Below, piece by piece: positions 1 to 11,200 of a stretch of DNA of 64,000 nt (the stretch's first letter is position 1; every line of letters starts with the position of its first letter). The translations under genes were made by a program, and so were the position numbers. Source of the stretch: Nitrospinaceae bacterium (GTDB lineage Bacteria; Nitrospinota; Nitrospinia; Nitrospinales; Nitrospinaceae); NCBI GenBank assembly GCA_965223665.1, contig OZ245011.1:2656001-2720000 (forward strand), written 5' to 3'. Below the pieces are notes generated by a model that was not told where the DNA came from, did no database searches, and saw only the letters and a program-made list of their open reading frames with translations.

Positions 1-794
1 TTATTTTTGTGTTGAGATTTTTCATCCTGACAGGTGACCACTAATCCAGTGGGAGCATGCGTGATACGTACAGCAGAGTCGGTCGTGTTTACACTTTGTC
101 CACCCGGACCGGATGACCGGAAAACATCTACTTTTAAATCTGCCGGGTTGATTTGCACATCCACATCTTCAACTTCTGGAAGAATAGCAACGGTTACTGC
201 GGAAGTATGAATTCGTCCCTGTGTTTCGGTGGTCGGTACTCTCTGTACTCTATGGGTTCCCGCTTCATATTTTAATTTGCTAAAAACTCCTTTGCCCTGA
301 ATATTACAGGTGATTTCTTTATACCCGCCCACACCGGTCAAACTACTATTTAAAATTTCAACAATCCACTTTTTGCTTTCAGCATACCGCAAATACATTC
401 GATAAAGGTCTGCCGCAAACAAACCCGCCTCATCACCCCCCGTTCCGGCCCGAATCTCCATAATGACGCTTTTTTCATCCCTCGGGTCTTTGGGCAACAG
501 AAGAACTTTTAATTGGTTCTCACTTTCTTCTCTTTGCTTTACCAAAATTTCGCACTCGCTTTGTGCCAACTCGATTAATTCCTCATCCTTTTCATCTTCT
601 AAGATTTTTTTGTTTTCTTCCAACTCTTTAACTGTCTTTTTCCAGGCACGGTACTCATTAATAACCGGAGTAATTTCTGATTGTTCACGAGCATATTTTT
701 TAAATTCTTGTTGGCGAGAAATGATATTTGGATCACTCAATAAATTATTGAGTTCTTCATAACGTTTTTCAATTTCTTCTAACTGCTCAAACAT
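1..794 (-). CDS. prfA: Peptide chain release factor 1 (partial, runs off window start)
   Basis: Manual translation from ATG at 794 gives [15 protein letters not shown]...; contains GVHRVQRVP-like segment with PTT and [11 protein letters not shown] (GGQ motif); follows rpmE. Confidence 0.95.
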   Translation of the reverse strand, partial: MFEQLEEIEKRYEELNNLLSDPNIISRQQEFKKYAREQSEITPVINEYRAWKKTVKELEENKKILEDEKDEELIELAQSECEILVKQREESENQLKVLLLPKDPRDEKSVIMEIRAGTGGDEAGLFAADLYRMYLRYAESKKWIVEILNSSLTGVGGYKEITCNIQGKGVFSKLKYEAGTHRVQRVPTTETQGRIHTSAVTVAILPEVEDVDVQINPADLKVDVFRSSGPGGQSVNTTDSAVRITHAPTGLVVTCQDEKSQHKN

Positions 795-874
795 TTATGG
801 AATCCTAAAAATGAGGAATGAAGGCACAAGGCCATAGAGAGGTCAAAAACAATAAAGGAAAGGGGAGGAATTAA

Positions 875-1111
875 CTAATTGGGTGCGGCTTGTTCTTTTG
901 GTTCGGTTGTCTGGGCTTTTTTATATTTTCTATTAAACTTCTCAATACGCCCTGCACTATCTACTAACTTCTGTTTTCCAGTATAAAAAGGATGACAGGC
1001 AGAACAAATTTCTACACTGAGATCCTTAGATGTAGAAAAAGTTTTCATTTCATTACCGCAAGCACATTTTACGGTAATTTCAAAATATTCCGGATGAATT
1101 CCTGCCTTCAT
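875..1111 (-). CDS. rpmE: 50S ribosomal protein L31 (Cys-containing type)
   Basis: MKAGIHPEY...CACG...[13 protein letters not shown]; start trimmed to MKAG. Confidence 0.97.
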   Translation of the reverse strand: MKAGIHPEYFEITVKCACGNEMKTFSTSKDLSVEICSACHPFYTGKQKLVDSAGRIEKFNRKYKKAQTTEPKEQAAPN

Positions 1112-1129
1112 TTCTAACTCCAAAAAAAA

Positions 1130-2380
1130 TTACGAGTTCATTGTTTGAATAAACTCGGCGTTGGTCTTTGTCTCTTTCACTTTCTGTAGAAGGAGGTCCA
1201 TCGTATCATGAACACCCATGGGGAGCAAAACTTTTCTCAACAACCAAATCCGTTGGAGTTCCTCCTGTTCCATAAGGAGCTCCTCTTTTCGGGTGCCCGA
1301 ACGGTTGATGTCAATTGCAGGGAATGTACGTTTTTCTGCCAATTTTCTATCCAGTACGATTTCCAAATTACCAGTTCCCTTAAATTCCTCAAAAATAACA
1401 TCATCCATCCGGCTACCGGTATCTACCAGTGCTGTTGCGATAATGGTCAAGCTACCACCTTCTTCCAAATTTCGGGCCGCTCCAAAAAATCGTTTAGGCC
1501 GCTGGAGTGCATTGGAATCCACACCACCACTCAAAACTTTTCCACTCGGTGGGACAATGGCATTATACGCTCGCGCCAACCGAGTAATACTGTCTAAAAG
1601 AATCACTACATCCTTTTTGTGTTCTACTAAACGTTTTGCTTTTTCAATTACCATTTCTGCAACTTGCACATGACGCTGTGCCGGCTCATCAAATGTAGAG
1701 CTAATCACTTCTCCTCTTACCGACCGCTGCATATCCGTAACTTCTTCAGGACGTTCATCAATAAGAAGTACGATCAAGGCGACTTCAGGAAAATTAGTGC
1801 TAATACTATTCGCAATGGATTGCAAAAGCATGGTTTTCCCGGTACGCGGGGGTGCAACAATTAATCCACGCTGACCTTTTCCAATAGGGGTCATAAGATC
1901 CATGATACGTGCGCTATAATCTGTACAACCTGGAGTTTCCAACCGCAGTCTTTCTTCGGGATATAAAGGGGTTAAGTTATCAAAAAGTATTTTATCTTTT
2001 GTCTTATCCGGGTTTTCAAAGTTTATAGCCTCTACTTTTAAGAGCGCAAAATAACGTTCATTTTCTTTTGGAGGACGAATTTGTCCAGATATGGTATCGC
2101 CAGTATGCATATCAAATTTCCGAATCTGCGATGGTGAAACATAAATATCATCTGGACCCGGAAGATAATTGTATGTAGGAGCTCTTAAAAACCCAAAGCC
2201 ATCAGGCAAAATTTCTAATACACCTTCACCAAACATCAAACCATCTTTTTCGATTTGCGCCTGAAGAATTTTAAAAATTAAATCTTGCTTTCTTAAACTG
2301 CTATGACCTTGAATCTTGAGCGTTTTTGCTAAATTTGTTAATTCAGAAATGGTTTTTGATTTAAGTTCTTCGATATTCAT
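1130..2380 (-). CDS. rho: Transcription termination factor Rho
   Basis: [36 protein letters not shown]. Confidence 0.99.
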   Translation of the reverse strand: MNIEELKSKTISELTNLAKTLKIQGHSSLRKQDLIFKILQAQIEKDGLMFGEGVLEILPDGFGFLRAPTYNYLPGPDDIYVSPSQIRKFDMHTGDTISGQIRPPKENERYFALLKVEAINFENPDKTKDKILFDNLTPLYPEERLRLETPGCTDYSARIMDLMTPIGKGQRGLIVAPPRTGKTMLLQSIANSISTNFPEVALIVLLIDERPEEVTDMQRSVRGEVISSTFDEPAQRHVQVAEMVIEKAKRLVEHKKDVVILLDSITRLARAYNAIVPPSGKVLSGGVDSNALQRPKRFFGAARNLEEGGSLTIIATALVDTGSRMDDVIFEEFKGTGNLEIVLDRKLAEKRTFPAIDINRSGTRKEELLMEQEELQRIWLLRKVLLPMGVHDTMDLLLQKVKETKTNAEFIQTMNS

Positions 2381-2592
2381 TTGTGGTGGTAATTTAAGGT
2401 TAAATGGATGGATTAAATTGTGTGGTTAATAACTTTTGTTCTAGTTTAATCTCTTTTAAAAAGGTTAAGTATGAGGATATTTCGGAGTCCTTCAGAATCC
2501 CCTACGAGATCCTGGATTAAGTGTTTTCGTTAGCAGGATTCCGATTGCAAAAGAGGTTAAATGGAGCCTTGCTATAAGGGGTATAATTACAA

Positions 2593-2619
2593 ATTATACG
2601 GTTCTACTTTCTTTGTCAA
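2593..2619 (-). promoter_or_regulatory. Candidate sigma70 promoter for rho
   Basis: Minus strand TTGACA-N15-TATAAT; perfect hexamers but short spacer. Confidence 0.4.
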
Positions 2620-2843
2620 TCCTTTTCTTTTGAAAAACCCCTTTTACCGACGAATTGGGAAGGAAGACTTTTAGAAGCAAATCCATTTACTTCTTACTTA
2701 ATAATATAAATGTCTATGAATCAAAAGCAATAACTTTCTAGAACTTTCGCCATTTTTTCACTTCGTTAATGTAAAATATTTTCTATGCATTCTAACAACC
2801 GAAGAAGACAGGATATAGAAAACTTTTACTATAATTAAACATT

Positions 2844-4436
2844 ATGGCCGCCTTTACCCTGAGCAGAGTCGATCTCTTAATACTAATATTGTACTTTGTA
2901 TTTATTTTATGGCTCGGTCTTCGGTTTGTAAAAGCTCATGAAAATGCTGAGGAATATTTTTTGGCTGGGCGTAGGATGACTTGGCCTTTCATAGGAATTT
3001 CTCTATTTGCTTCCAATATCTCCAGCACCACCCTCCTCGGATTATCGGGTGCAGCTTATAGCCATGGAATATCAATTTATAATTATGAATGGATGGCTTC
3101 GATTATTCTTGTTTTCTTTGCTATTTTCTTTTTACCTCTCTATTTAAATTCCCGGGTTTTTACAATGCCCGAATTTTTAGAAAGACGCTTTGACATACGA
3201 TCCCGGTATTTTCTTACCGGAATCACTTTGATCGGCAACATCGTAATTGATACTGCAGGGAGTTTATTTGCCGGGGGGATTGTTCTGAAATTAATCTTTC
3301 CTGAAATTCCAATGGAATACACCATCGGAGGACTCGCTTTGATGGCAGGACTTTATACCATTGCAGGAGGATTGGCCGCGGTAATTTATACGGATGCGGT
3401 ACAAACAGTGCTTATCTTGTTAGGTTCTATATTAATTAGCGTTGCTGGTTTAAATAAAGTGGGCGGGTGGAATGCAGTTACTCAAGTAACCCCTCCTGAA
3501 ATGTTAAGTTTAATACGACCAATAGATGATACAAGCGTTCCATGGACTGGATTGGTTTTTGGGGTTTCCATTTTAGGGTTTTATTTTTGGTGTAATAACC
3601 AGTTTATGGTTCAACGTGTACTTAGCGCAAAAAACTTAAACCATGGAAGATGGGGTGTATTATTTGCAGCTCTTTTAAAACTGCCCGTACTTTTCATTAT
3701 GGTTTTTCCCGGAACCATGGCTCGAGTCTTATATCCTGATTTAACAGATTCCAATATGGTGTTTCCTGTTTTAGCTTTTGATTTGCTTCCCATCGGAGTT
3801 GTTGGTTTGGTTATCGCGGGTCTTCTTGCAGCAATCATGTCCAGTATAGACTCAACTCTAAATTCCGCTTCTACTTTGGTAACTATGGATTTTGTGGCAA
3901 AACTTCGGCCAGATTTTACCAGTGAAAGATTAATGTGGGTGGGCCGCGTCACTACTTTTATTTTTATGGCACTTGCCGCTTTTTGGGCTCCACAAATTGC
4001 AAATTTTGAATCTCTATTTGGTTATTTACAAAGAATCCTGGCATATTTATCCTCGCCGGTAGTGGCGGTTTTTCTTTTAGGGGTATTTTGGAAACGCGCT
4101 AATTCGCAGGGCGCATTTTGGGGATTACTCTCGGGACTTGTAGTCTCTATTTTTCTTTTTTATTTTAATGAGATAAATCTGATTATTTGGAAAAAACCCA
4201 TCCATTTTTTACATATTGCTCCTCTTTTATTCGGAATCAGTGCATTCGTTATTATATTTGTAAGTCTTTCAACCCCACCACCCCTTCCTCATAAAACCCA
4301 ACAATATTTATGGACAAAAAAGACTTGGACCTTGGATTCAATGGAATTATTGAATACCCCTTGGTATCAAAACTACCGAATACTTTCAGTAATTTTAATT
4401 TTTTTTACAACCGCAGTGGTTTTCATCTTTCGGTAA
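2844..4436 (+). CDS. Sodium:solute symporter (SSS/SLC5 family)
   Basis: EYFLAGR, SLFASNISS, FTMPEFLERRF, AAIMSSIDSTLNSAST; many TM segments. Confidence 0.93.
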   Translation: MAAFTLSRVDLLILILYFVFILWLGLRFVKAHENAEEYFLAGRRMTWPFIGISLFASNISSTTLLGLSGAAYSHGISIYNYEWMASIILVFFAIFFLPLYLNSRVFTMPEFLERRFDIRSRYFLTGITLIGNIVIDTAGSLFAGGIVLKLIFPEIPMEYTIGGLALMAGLYTIAGGLAAVIYTDAVQTVLILLGSILISVAGLNKVGGWNAVTQVTPPEMLSLIRPIDDTSVPWTGLVFGVSILGFYFWCNNQFMVQRVLSAKNLNHGRWGVLFAALLKLPVLFIMVFPGTMARVLYPDLTDSNMVFPVLAFDLLPIGVVGLVIAGLLAAIMSSIDSTLNSASTLVTMDFVAKLRPDFTSERLMWVGRVTTFIFMALAAFWAPQIANFESLFGYLQRILAYLSSPVVAVFLLGVFWKRANSQGAFWGLLSGLVVSIFLFYFNEINLIIWKKPIHFLHIAPLLFGISAFVIIFVSLSTPPPLPHKTQQYLWTKKTWTLDSMELLNTPWYQNYRILSVILIFFTTAVVFIFR

Positions 4437-4514
4437 AAATTAAAGGGTATATATTTAAAGTATAGGAATACTTTAGTGAAAACTTATACCCCAAGAAAAT
4501 GGGTAGGGGGGATT

Positions 4515-4628
4515 ATGAGAAACAAAATAACCTTTCAATCCCAGGTGCTTGCTTTCATTTTTCTTATCTTGTTTTTGATAATCCTGTTCACTTGGGTAAA
4601 TGTGGAATTTAACGTCTCGATGTATTAA
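4515..4628 (+). CDS. Candidate 37-aa single-TM small protein
   Basis: AGGGGG RBS-like, then MRNKITFQSQVLAFIFLILFLIILFTWVNVEFNVSMY*; below ORF-track cutoff. Confidence 0.45.
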   Translation: MRNKITFQSQVLAFIFLILFLIILFTWVNVEFNVSMY

Positions 4629-4905
4629 TAACAATTGAATTGTTGACGAACTTTTTAAGATTGATTCCACTTAAAATCCCTTTTAATCTAAAGATAATAA
4701 GTCTACAAAAATCTACAGGACCACAACCCCTAGACGAAGAATAAAAAGTTGGCAATGCAGGGGTAAAGTGTTACTTTTTAAATAGATAGAAAGCTCGATC
4801 TTTAGTTACCGAAATACCTACTTAACCCTTGAGTCATAACTTTTACATTTCATTCTGATGAATTAATTTTTTTCTTTTCATTTTCTGGACCAAGAACTTT
4901 TTCTG

Positions 4906-6327
4906 ATGCAACCATCTTCTTTTCCTATAATTGAAAAAGAAATCTCCAAAGAGTTTACAAAATCATCTGAAATTGCAATTAAAGTAGAAAATCTGAGTAA
5001 GTGCTACCAGATTTTTAATAAACCTCATGACCGCCTTTTACAGATGCTCTATCGGGGACGCAAAAAGTTTTCACGCGATTTCTGGGCTCTTAACAATATT
5101 TCATTTGAAATTAAAAAAGGGGAAACCATTGGGATTATCGGCAAAAACGGTTCCGGTAAATCTACGCTCCTTCAATCGATTTGTGGAACTTTAAATCCCA
5201 CTTCCGGATCCATTCAAACACATGGACGTATTGCAGCTCTATTGGAACTAGGCTTTGGGTTTGACGTTGAGTTTACTGGTCGTGAAAATATTTTAATGAA
5301 TGCAATGTTGTTAGGACTTTCTAAAGAGGAAATCGAAACTCAGTACGATAAAATTGTAGATTTCGCGGATATCGGTGAGTTTATTGACCAACCGCTTAAG
5401 ACATATTCAAGTGGGATGACAGTACGTTTAGCTTTTGCCGTGGTTGCTCATGTAAAAGCGGATATTTTAATTATTGATGAAGCCTTGAGTGTCGGCGATG
5501 CTTTTTTTGTGCAGAAGTGCATGCGTTTTCTTCGCAATTTTATGAAAACCGGAACCATCTTATTTGTAAGCCATGATATGGGTGCCATATTGAATTTTTG
5601 CAACAAAGCAATTTGGCTTGAAAACGGCAGTATCAAAGCCCAGGGCAAACCTAAGGAAATCACTGAACTCTATTTAGAAAAACAATACAAAGCAGAGTCC
5701 GGGGAGGAGCTTTACCCAAGCAATGGAAGCAGCATCCCAGACGAAGAGCAAAAAAGCCCACTCCCTTTAAAAGAAAACGGGAAACAACCAAGAGATATGC
5801 GGTTGGATTTTATTAATCAAACCAATCTAAGAAACGATATTGAACTGTTTCCCTTCACACCTGATTCTTCTGAATTTGGGATCGGCGGTGCAAAAGTTCT
5901 TAGTGTCCAACTAACAGACTCAAAAAATCAACCTTTGTCTTGGGTTGTTGGGGGAGAAGCTGTCCGGCTGGTGATTCACGCTGAGGTAAATAAAGATATT
6001 GATAATGTGATTATAGGGTTTCAGGTCAAAGATCGATTAGGCCAAGTCGTATTCGGGGATAATAGTTTTTTGAAATATTTATCCAATCCCGTCCATGCAA
6101 AACCTAATGACCACTTGGAGGGAATTTTTGATTTCCAAATGCCACTTTTACCCAATGGAGACTATACCATCATGGTTGCCATTGCCGATGGAACTCAAGA
6201 AAAACATCTCGTTTTAAACTGGATTCATGATGCCCTCGCCTTCAGGGTACATACCACCTCTGTAGTTCATGGTCTCATTGGAGTCCCCATGAAAGACATT
6301 CAAGTCCATTCCAAAAAGTGTCGCTAA
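4906..6327 (+). CDS. wzt: Polysaccharide ABC exporter ATPase with C-terminal Wzt_C domain
   Basis: GKNGSGKST, YSSGMTVRLAF, IIDEALSVGDAFF, VSHD; C-terminal beta domain. Confidence 0.9.
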   Translation: MQPSSFPIIEKEISKEFTKSSEIAIKVENLSKCYQIFNKPHDRLLQMLYRGRKKFSRDFWALNNISFEIKKGETIGIIGKNGSGKSTLLQSICGTLNPTSGSIQTHGRIAALLELGFGFDVEFTGRENILMNAMLLGLSKEEIETQYDKIVDFADIGEFIDQPLKTYSSGMTVRLAFAVVAHVKADILIIDEALSVGDAFFVQKCMRFLRNFMKTGTILFVSHDMGAILNFCNKAIWLENGSIKAQGKPKEITELYLEKQYKAESGEELYPSNGSSIPDEEQKSPLPLKENGKQPRDMRLDFINQTNLRNDIELFPFTPDSSEFGIGGAKVLSVQLTDSKNQPLSWVVGGEAVRLVIHAEVNKDIDNVIIGFQVKDRLGQVVFGDNSFLKYLSNPVHAKPNDHLEGIFDFQMPLLPNGDYTIMVAIADGTQEKHLVLNWIHDALAFRVHTTSVVHGLIGVPMKDIQVHSKKCR

Positions 6328-6334
6328 AGAGAAT

Positions 6335-7177
6335 ATGGAAAACAATTTACAATTAACCGAAATGAAAGAAAAATTTTGGCGAGATGGTTACGTAAAGCTG
6401 GGAACCATTTTTGACACAAATGAAGTTTCTATTCTTCTCAAAGTAATCGCAAATTTTGAAGGAATGAAACAAAGACACCACGAAGTGAAGCAAAAGTTTG
6501 ATCAAGGAAATTATCCTTCTTTTGAATCCATTTTTGTTATGGATGATGTGTTTAGCGACAATATTTTCGCCCTGGCCACTCGGAAAAAAATAATCCTGGA
6601 TAACCTCTCTTATTTTTTTAATGATGATGCTTATCTCTATCATTGCAAGGTTCCATTAAAATACCCGTCAATGCCAGGTTTTAAATACCATCAGGACTAT
6701 TATTATTGGTATCAGATGGGTTGCATATATCCTGATATGGCCACCTGCTTTATTGCTCTTGACCCTTCAACAAAAGAAAATGGATGCCTCAAGTTTATTC
6801 CCCAATCACATAATTGTGGAAGGATAGATCATATCCTTCACAATGGATTTTCTGATAGCGAAGCCAACCCGGAAAGAACCCGGATTCTAAAAGAACGAAA
6901 CGGCGAAGAATTGATGGAATTGAATCCCGGAGAAGCCGTGGTATTTCACGGTAACCTTTTACACGGCTCGTCGACTAATGACTCCCCTCATTCTCGAATT
7001 GCATTAATCGGATGCTACAACACCAAACACAACAGCCCCATTAATCGTGACTGGACACACCCACCTTACGCAAAGCAAGAAAGATTCGATGGAAAATTAG
7101 ATGAATCTTACCTGAATAAACTTCCGGACATGTCCGTCTCATTCAAAGAAACACTCCCCTCCACCGCATCTTTTTAA
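6335..7177 (+). CDS. PhyH-family 2OG/Fe(II) dioxygenase
   Basis: HQDYYYW, IALD..TKENGCL.FIPQSH, LNPGEAVVFHGNLLHGS..N.S...R. Confidence 0.88.
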   Translation: MENNLQLTEMKEKFWRDGYVKLGTIFDTNEVSILLKVIANFEGMKQRHHEVKQKFDQGNYPSFESIFVMDDVFSDNIFALATRKKIILDNLSYFFNDDAYLYHCKVPLKYPSMPGFKYHQDYYYWYQMGCIYPDMATCFIALDPSTKENGCLKFIPQSHNCGRIDHILHNGFSDSEANPERTRILKERNGEELMELNPGEAVVFHGNLLHGSSTNDSPHSRIALIGCYNTKHNSPINRDWTHPPYAKQERFDGKLDESYLNKLPDMSVSFKETLPSTASF

Positions 7178-7486
7178 ATCTAAACAAGTTCCCAAATTAT
7201 TAAAGAAATTCAATCTCGATATGTGATACAAGTAGTTTGTTAAAATCAGAATCATGTGGGGGACATGCTGGGATTCAGTGAGGTTGCAAATCCCATAGAA
7301 GCACATAAAGGTTACGACAATGATGACCGGGTAATCGCCTTGCTAACACATGGATTTAGAAATCAAAAAATGTCATCACTGATTCAAGAACGATGCGAAT
7401 GGATTGAGTTGGCGCAATAGTTTTAAAATTATGTCTTATACTGTTACGAAGAGCAGAAACTTTTTCTCCATTGACCCAATATAAAA

Positions 7487-7888
7487 ATGAGAAATCCTAA
7501 AAACGTATTTCACTTAGCGATTCCCTGTGCTTCATTAGATGAAACCGAGAATTATTATGTCAATAAACTCGGAGTAAGGTTGGCTCGGCGATATTCGGAT
7601 CGAATCACTTTGGACTTTTTTGGTGACCAAATCGTTTGCCATTTATGCCCGGAAAAAGTAGATCCCGTTCCACAAATGTATCCCAGGCATTTTGGGGTAA
7701 CTTTTAAAGATAAAAAAGAGTTTGATAGTTTATTAAAACTGGCTCAACAACAGGGACTGGAATTTTTCAAAAAACCTTTTGTCAGGTTTGAAGGGATGGA
7801 AGAAGAACACCACACTTTCTTTTTGATAGATCCCTCCAATAATCTTTTAGAATTTAAGTATTACAAAAATTCTAAAATGATGTATTAA
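7487..7888 (+). CDS. VOC/glyoxalase family protein
   Basis: FHLAIP, DFFGDQIVCHL, PRHFGV, FFLIDPSNNLLEFK. Confidence 0.85.
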   Translation: MRNPKNVFHLAIPCASLDETENYYVNKLGVRLARRYSDRITLDFFGDQIVCHLCPEKVDPVPQMYPRHFGVTFKDKKEFDSLLKLAQQQGLEFFKKPFVRFEGMEEEHHTFFLIDPSNNLLEFKYYKNSKMMY

Positions 7889-7939
7889 AAAAGTTCCTTT
7901 TTTAACATCTCCGAGACTTAAGCTAGAATTTTTTCCAAA

Positions 7940-8040
7940 ATTAATTTGGCGGGGACTACCGAACAAAACTTACAAGGTCAATTAATAAAAAGCGTTTCTT
8001 CAATTCAATTTTTCCAACATGCCCCCAAAGTTGCCCCTAA
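7940..8040. mobile_element. Candidate distal island end (att-like core plus integrase arm-type sites), outer copy
   Basis: TTGGCGGGGA at 7946 followed by GCCCCCAAAGTTGCCCCTAA at 8021-8040; same layout as 18882-18980. Confidence 0.55.
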
Positions 8041-8117
8041 ATGGTAAAGACCTTATTCAAAATTTCTTTTTACTAAGAATAATAATTGAAATTAAGTTTT
8101 GAAGTTTTTAAAAAGGA

Positions 8118-8149
8118 AAAGGGCTAAAACCCAAAAGCTTTAGCCCTTT
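8118..8149 (-). terminator. Intrinsic terminator downstream of giant surface protein gene
   Basis: AAAGGGCTAAA...TTTAGCCCTTT stem, T-rich tail on minus strand. Confidence 0.7.
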
Positions 8150-8223
8150 CAAATTCCAATCAAAAATATTCCAAGTCAGATCAAATAGTTACTTTAAAAT
8201 CATTTTTTAAAATGCTAAACAAG

Positions 8224-11200
8224 TTAACCAGAACAATCCAACTCTATATTATACGAACCGGTGCTCACTAAAAATCTATCATTGATACGAACAATGTATG
8301 TTCCTGTTTCCGACAATACAAACTGCCGCTGGGTATTAGCATCGAACGTTCCCAACGAAGCTCCACTAGGCGCAAACACCGTGAACCGAGCTGTAAAACC
8401 AGAAGACGTTAATACCAAATCCACCGTTGCTCCCGCATTACCGCTAAATTGAAATAAATCCACTTCAGCTGAAGCATCGATCGTTCCAGCATGGTTCTCA
8501 CCGCAACTGATCAAAGTCGGTGTCGGAGAAGCAGGAATTAAACAAGTAAGACTCAAATTATACGAACCGGTGCTCACTAAAAATCTATCATTGATACGAA
8601 CAATGTATGTTCCTGTTTCCGACAATACAAACTGCCGCTGGGTATTAGCATCGAACGTTCCCAACGAAGCTCCACTAGGCGCAAACACCGTGAACCGAGC
8701 TGTAAAACCAGAAGACGTTAATACCAAATCCACCGTTGCTCCCGCATTACCGCTAAATTGAAATAAATCCACTTCAGCTGAAGCATCGATCGTTCCAGCA
8801 TGGTTCTCACCGCAACTGATCAAAGTCGGTGTCGGAGAAGCAGGAATTAAACAAGTAAGACTCAAATTATACGAACCGGTGCTCACTAAAAATCTATCAT
8901 TGATACGAACAATGTATGTTCCTGTTTCCGACAATACAAACTGCCGCTGGGTATTAGCATCGAACGTTCCCAACGAAGCTCCACTAGGCGCAAACACCGT
9001 GAACCGAGCTGTAAAACCAGAAGACGTTAATACCAAATCCACCGTTGCTCCCGCATTACCGCTAAATTGAAATAAATCCACTTCAGCTGAAGCATCGATC
9101 GTTCCAGCATGGTTCTCACCGCAACTGATCAAAGTCGGTGTCGGAGAAGCAGGAATTAAACAAGTAAGACTCAAATTATACGAACCGGTGCTCACTAAAA
9201 ATCTATCATTGATACGAACAATGTATGTTCCTGTTTCCGACAATACAAACTGCCGCTGGGTATTAGCATCGAACGTTCCCAACGAAGCTCCACTAGGCGC
9301 AAACACCGTGAACCGAGCTGTAAAACCAGAAGACGTTAATACCAAATCCACCGTTGCTCCCGCATTACCGCTAAATTGAAATAAATCCACTTCAGCTGAA
9401 GCATCGATCGTTCCAGCATGGTTCTCACCGCAACTGATCAAAGTCGGTGTCGGAGAAGCAGGAATTAAACAAGTAAGACTCAAATTATACGAACCGGTGC
9501 TCACTAAAAATCTATCATTGATACGAACAATGTATGTTCCTGTTTCCGACAATACAAACTGCCGCTGGGTATTAGCATCGAACGTTCCCAACGAAGCTCC
9601 ACTAGGCGCAAACACCGTGAACCGAGCTGTAAAACCAGAAGACGTTAATACCAAATCCACCGTTGCTCCCGCATTACCGCTAAATTGAAATAAATCCACT
9701 TCAGCTGAAGCATCGATCGTTCCAGCATGGTTCTCACCGCAACTGATCAAAGTCGGTGTCGGAGAAGCAGGAATTAAACAAGTAAGACTCAAATTATACG
9801 AACCGGTGCTCACTAAAAATCTATCATTGATACGAACAATGTATGTTCCTGTTTCCGACAATACAAACTGCCGCTGGGTATTAGCATCGAACGTTCCCAA
9901 CGAAGCTCCACTAGGCGCAAACACCGTGAACCGAGCTGTAAAACCAGAAGACGTTAATACCAAATCCACCGTTGCTCCCGCATTACCGCTAAATTGAAAT
10001 AAATCCACTTCAGCTGAAGCATCGATCGTTCCAGCATGGTTCTCACCGCAACTGATCAAAGTCGGTGTCGGAGAAGCAGGAATTAAACAAGTAAGACTCA
10101 AATTATACGAACCGGTGCTCACTAAAAATCTATCATTGATACGAACAATGTATGTTCCTGTTTCCGACAATACAAACTGCCGCTGGGTATTAGCATCGAA
10201 CGTTCCCAACGAAGCTCCACTAGGCGCAAACACCGTGAACCGAGCTGTAAAACCAGAAGACGTTAATACCAAATCCACCGTTGCTCCGGAAGATCCTCTA
10301 AATCTAATAAAATCTTCTTCTGCGGGTGCATCAATCGAATCAGAGACGAGCCCTCCGCATCCAATACCCGGAAGATATGTGAAACCATTCACCAGAGTAT
10401 CTGTTCCCAATGGATTACTCACTTGAACATCAACCAAAATATTAGGCTGAACAAATGGACCTGCAGGTGTAAACGCCGTTATGGTTTGCATATCTACCCA
10501 TGTGACATCTGTTGCAGGAACACCATCGATCAATACATCCGTATTGTGGGTGAAATTGGTACCCGTAATCGTCACAAAATCCCCACCAATGGACAATCCT
10601 TCATTCGGAGAAATGTTACTGATGGTCGGAGGTGAATTAATCACGGTTACCACCTGTGTGTCTGTAGCCGAATTACCGGCAGCGTCCATCGCGGTCCAGG
10701 TTACAATCGTATCCCCTAAAGGAAACGCACCCAACGGAGCGTCGTGTGTGACACTCACTACTCCAACATTATCAGACGTGGTTGGAGTACCTAATTCTGT
10801 AGTCAAAGTCGGTCCCGGAAGAGTCCACTTAATATCCGGTGGTGCAACAATCATGGGTGGTTGGGTATCTCCCCCACCAATTACATATTCGATGGTAATC
10901 TTAGGTTTACCGGAAGGGGCTTCACTAGAGTTGAAATCGATGCCATCATTCACGCCGGAAGCATTGCGAACAATGATTCCGTTATTGGAAATACTACCGC
11001 TGATCCATGCTTGTACCAGATTGATGCCATCGGGATTCAAATTAATGATATTCTCCCCAAACTGACCGGGAGTGATAGTTCCCAACAAAGCGCTTCCAAT
11101 AGTAGTAATATCGTTCCAAGTCACCGTTCCTTCATTCCAGGAATTGTCCACAGAATACAACTCATAAGGACCTCCACTAATATTGGTCAGGTTAAAATGA

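Noticed and set aside
4701-4719. GTCTACAAAAATCTACA short direct repeat as another island end
   Set aside because: No core match to tmRNA and no matching partner motif in the window
7265-7420. 51-codon ORF between the dioxygenase and VOC genes
   Set aside because: No recognisable motif and weak RBS; cannot support
8248-10287. Repeat as DGR template/variable region or CRISPR-like array
   Set aside because: Units are identical with no adenine-specific variation or spacers, and no reverse transcriptase is present
8261-10426. Seven repeated plus-strand 63-aa ORFs
   Set aside because: Antisense shadows of the 309-bp repeat
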